A DNA stretch of 26,239 bases from a virus. Lineage: Duplodnaviria > Caudoviricetes. Below the pieces are notes generated by a model. It did no database searches and was not told the origin of the DNA. It saw only the letters and a program-made list of their open reading frames with translations. Shown piece after piece: positions 24,771 through 26,239 of the stretch; position 1 is the first letter of the stretch, and every line of letters starts with the position of its first letter. The stretch lies in the IMG/VR virus record IMGVR_UViG_3300032239_000633, positions 1-26,239 of that record, one strand, 5' to 3'. The position numbers and the translations under genes are program-made.

Positions 24771-25338
24771 GACTCTGACAACAGTTAAAAAAACTCCAGC
24801 AGTTACTGAAGATCTGCCCGCAAATCCTTTCGCATTTGAAGTTTTTACGCTTGCATCTAAGCAAAGAACTAATGCCAAAAAAGTTGAGATTCTTAAAAAA
24901 TACGATCACCCCTCTTTGAAGGCATTGTTTATTTGGAATTTTGATGAAAGTTTGATTTCTTCTCTTCCTCCTGGAGATGTCCCATACTCTGCAGTAAATG
25001 AAATGGATTCATTCAAAGGAACTTTGAGTGAAAAGATTCAAGATGCAGTTGGAAAGATGGAAGAACTTGGTTCCAATTCACTTGGATCTCAAGATCAAGG
25101 ACGTTCATCAATTCGCAAAGAATATGAAAAGTTTTATAATTTCATTAAAGGTGGTAATGATGGACTGAGTTCTCTTCGTAGAGAAACTATGTTTATTAAT
25201 GTACTTCAGGGTCTTCATCCACTAGAGGCTGAGATTATTTGTTTGGTTAAAGATAAAAAACTTGAAACGAAATATAAAATTTCGAAAGAAATCGTTTCGG
25301 AAGCTTATCCCGATATTCGTTGGGGTAATAGAGTTTAA
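24739..25338 (+). CDS. Hypothetical T4-like phage protein
   Basis: Long ORF with LPPGDVPY, RRETMFI..LQGLHP.EAEI; ATG 24739 is preferred to TTG 24727. Confidence 0.8.
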   Translation: MTTTTAKTKTKTLTTVKKTPAVTEDLPANPFAFEVFTLASKQRTNAKKVEILKKYDHPSLKALFIWNFDESLISSLPPGDVPYSAVNEMDSFKGTLSEKIQDAVGKMEELGSNSLGSQDQGRSSIRKEYEKFYNFIKGGNDGLSSLRRETMFINVLQGLHPLEAEIICLVKDKKLETKYKISKEIVSEAYPDIRWGNRV

Positions 25339-25360
25339 TATATAATGTATTGATATTGTT

Positions 25361-25735
25361 ATGGAAGAAAAACTTATAGAGAAGCAACAGATGCCAGCAG
25401 AAAAGGAAAAGGCATCCGAAAGAGATTTAGAACATACCTGGACGGCACAAGAAAAGGAACTATTCAAATCTCGTTATGGATGTGAAGTTCTAAAACAAAA
25501 CTGCACCTTAGAAGAGGCAAAGGTTACCGATGTTCCTAACGATGCTTACATTGTGAGTTATGAAATCAACGGAAACATTTGTTATGATCTGACTCGTTGT
25601 GGAAAGAGATCAAATCTTTTCGATATGTATTACGACAATCTTGGACCTGTTGTTCGTAAAATTGAATGGGGTTGTGGTAAAATTAGTCCAAAACTTTGGG
25701 GATATAAATCACCCGAAAAGAAAAAGAGAAAGTAA
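25361..25735 (+). CDS. Hypothetical phage protein
   Basis: 124-aa ORF with FDMYYD and G.ISPKLWGY, followed by a terminator. Confidence 0.75.
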   Translation: MEEKLIEKQQMPAEKEKASERDLEHTWTAQEKELFKSRYGCEVLKQNCTLEEAKVTDVPNDAYIVSYEINGNICYDLTRCGKRSNLFDMYYDNLGPVVRKIEWGCGKISPKLWGYKSPEKKKRK

Positions 25736-25741
25736 TTTCCC

Positions 25742-25774
25742 AAATACCTGGAAAAAATTTCCAGGTATTTTTTT
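25742..25774 (+). terminator. Intrinsic terminator
   Basis: AAATACCTGGAAA-AAA-TTTCCAGGTATTT 13-bp inverted repeat ending in a T run. Confidence 0.85.
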
Positions 25775-25787
25775 GTGTGTAGGGTTT

Positions 25788-25795
25788 TATAAATA
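25788..25795 (+). promoter_or_regulatory. T4-type late promoter
   Basis: Exact TATAAATA 23 nt before ATG 25819. Confidence 0.75.
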
Positions 25796-25818
25796 TCTAA
25801 GAAGATTGTGCGTTTAAG

Positions 25819-26239
25819 ATGAAGTCCTTTAATGAATTTAAAGTAGATTGCTTTATAACTGAAGGTGCTGCAGAAAAATTGGCAGCAATGTCACCAGAGC
25901 AGATTGCAGATTATAAGAAAAGTAATCCAGGTGCAGCATCCAAAGTTGATGAACTTTTGAAAAATGCAAAAACAACTAAAGTTCCTGGAAGTACTTTTTC
26001 AGGAAATCCTCCCACTGGTGGTGCTCCAAGACCTCCTGCTGGTGCTCCTGCTGGTGGTGGAACTCCACCAAGATCTGGGGCAATGGTTCAATCCCCAGGT
26101 GGAAACCTTGCAAAATCAACAGTAAAGGCAGCTGCAGGTGGAGCCGCCCAAGGAGCAGCAGAAGTAGGTTTAAATGTTGCTAAGGGTGTAAAGACAGCAA
26201 CCAAGATTCCTGGCCTAAAATCTGGTGCAGCTCTTGGGG
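25819..26239 (+). CDS. Putative internal head protein (3'-truncated), not in ORF track
   Basis: Open to the window end: MKSFNEFKVDCFITEGAAEKLAAMSPEQ... then Gly/Ala/Pro/Lys-rich low complexity. Confidence 0.75.
   Translation, partial: MKSFNEFKVDCFITEGAAEKLAAMSPEQIADYKKSNPGAASKVDELLKNAKTTKVPGSTFSGNPPTGGAPRPPAGAPAGGGTPPRSGAMVQSPGGNLAKSTVKAAAGGAAQGAAEVGLNVAKGVKTATKIPGLKSGAALG

Noticed and set aside
1-26239. CRISPR arrays, tRNAs, IS elements
   Set aside because: No regularly spaced repeats, cloverleafs or transposase motifs were seen, and intergenic spaces are too short.

Overview
This window comes from a T4-like cyanomyovirus (cyanophage): AT-rich, almost entirely plus-strand, with many NATAAATA late promoters. 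The left part has a 2OG-Fe(II) oxygenase, then psbA split by a 207-nt group I intron (1709-1915, between R334 and N335). An F-CphI-like Endo VII homing endonuclease, an HNH nuclease, small ORFs, an LpxH-like metallophosphoesterase and a second 2OG oxygenase follow. The middle part (5439-14278) is a late virion/tail-fibre module that includes three tandem Cys/Gly-rich paralogues and a chaperone-like protein. Next is a glycan cassette (14369-19785) with its own sigma70-type promoter: a GT9-like heptosyltransferase, a NodU/CmcH carbamoyltransferase, split HldC/HldA, a HAD phosphatase, a cupin and an inverted hldD. The right part has two more structural genes, glutaredoxin, conserved hypotheticals and a truncated ORF with a T4 capsid-targeting-like N-terminus. 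The best candidate for an uncharacterised system is the ADP-heptose/heptosyltransferase/carbamoyltransferase cassette embedded among fibre genes next to the Cys-rich paralogue triplet. All family calls come from motif recognition by eye; no database searches were run.
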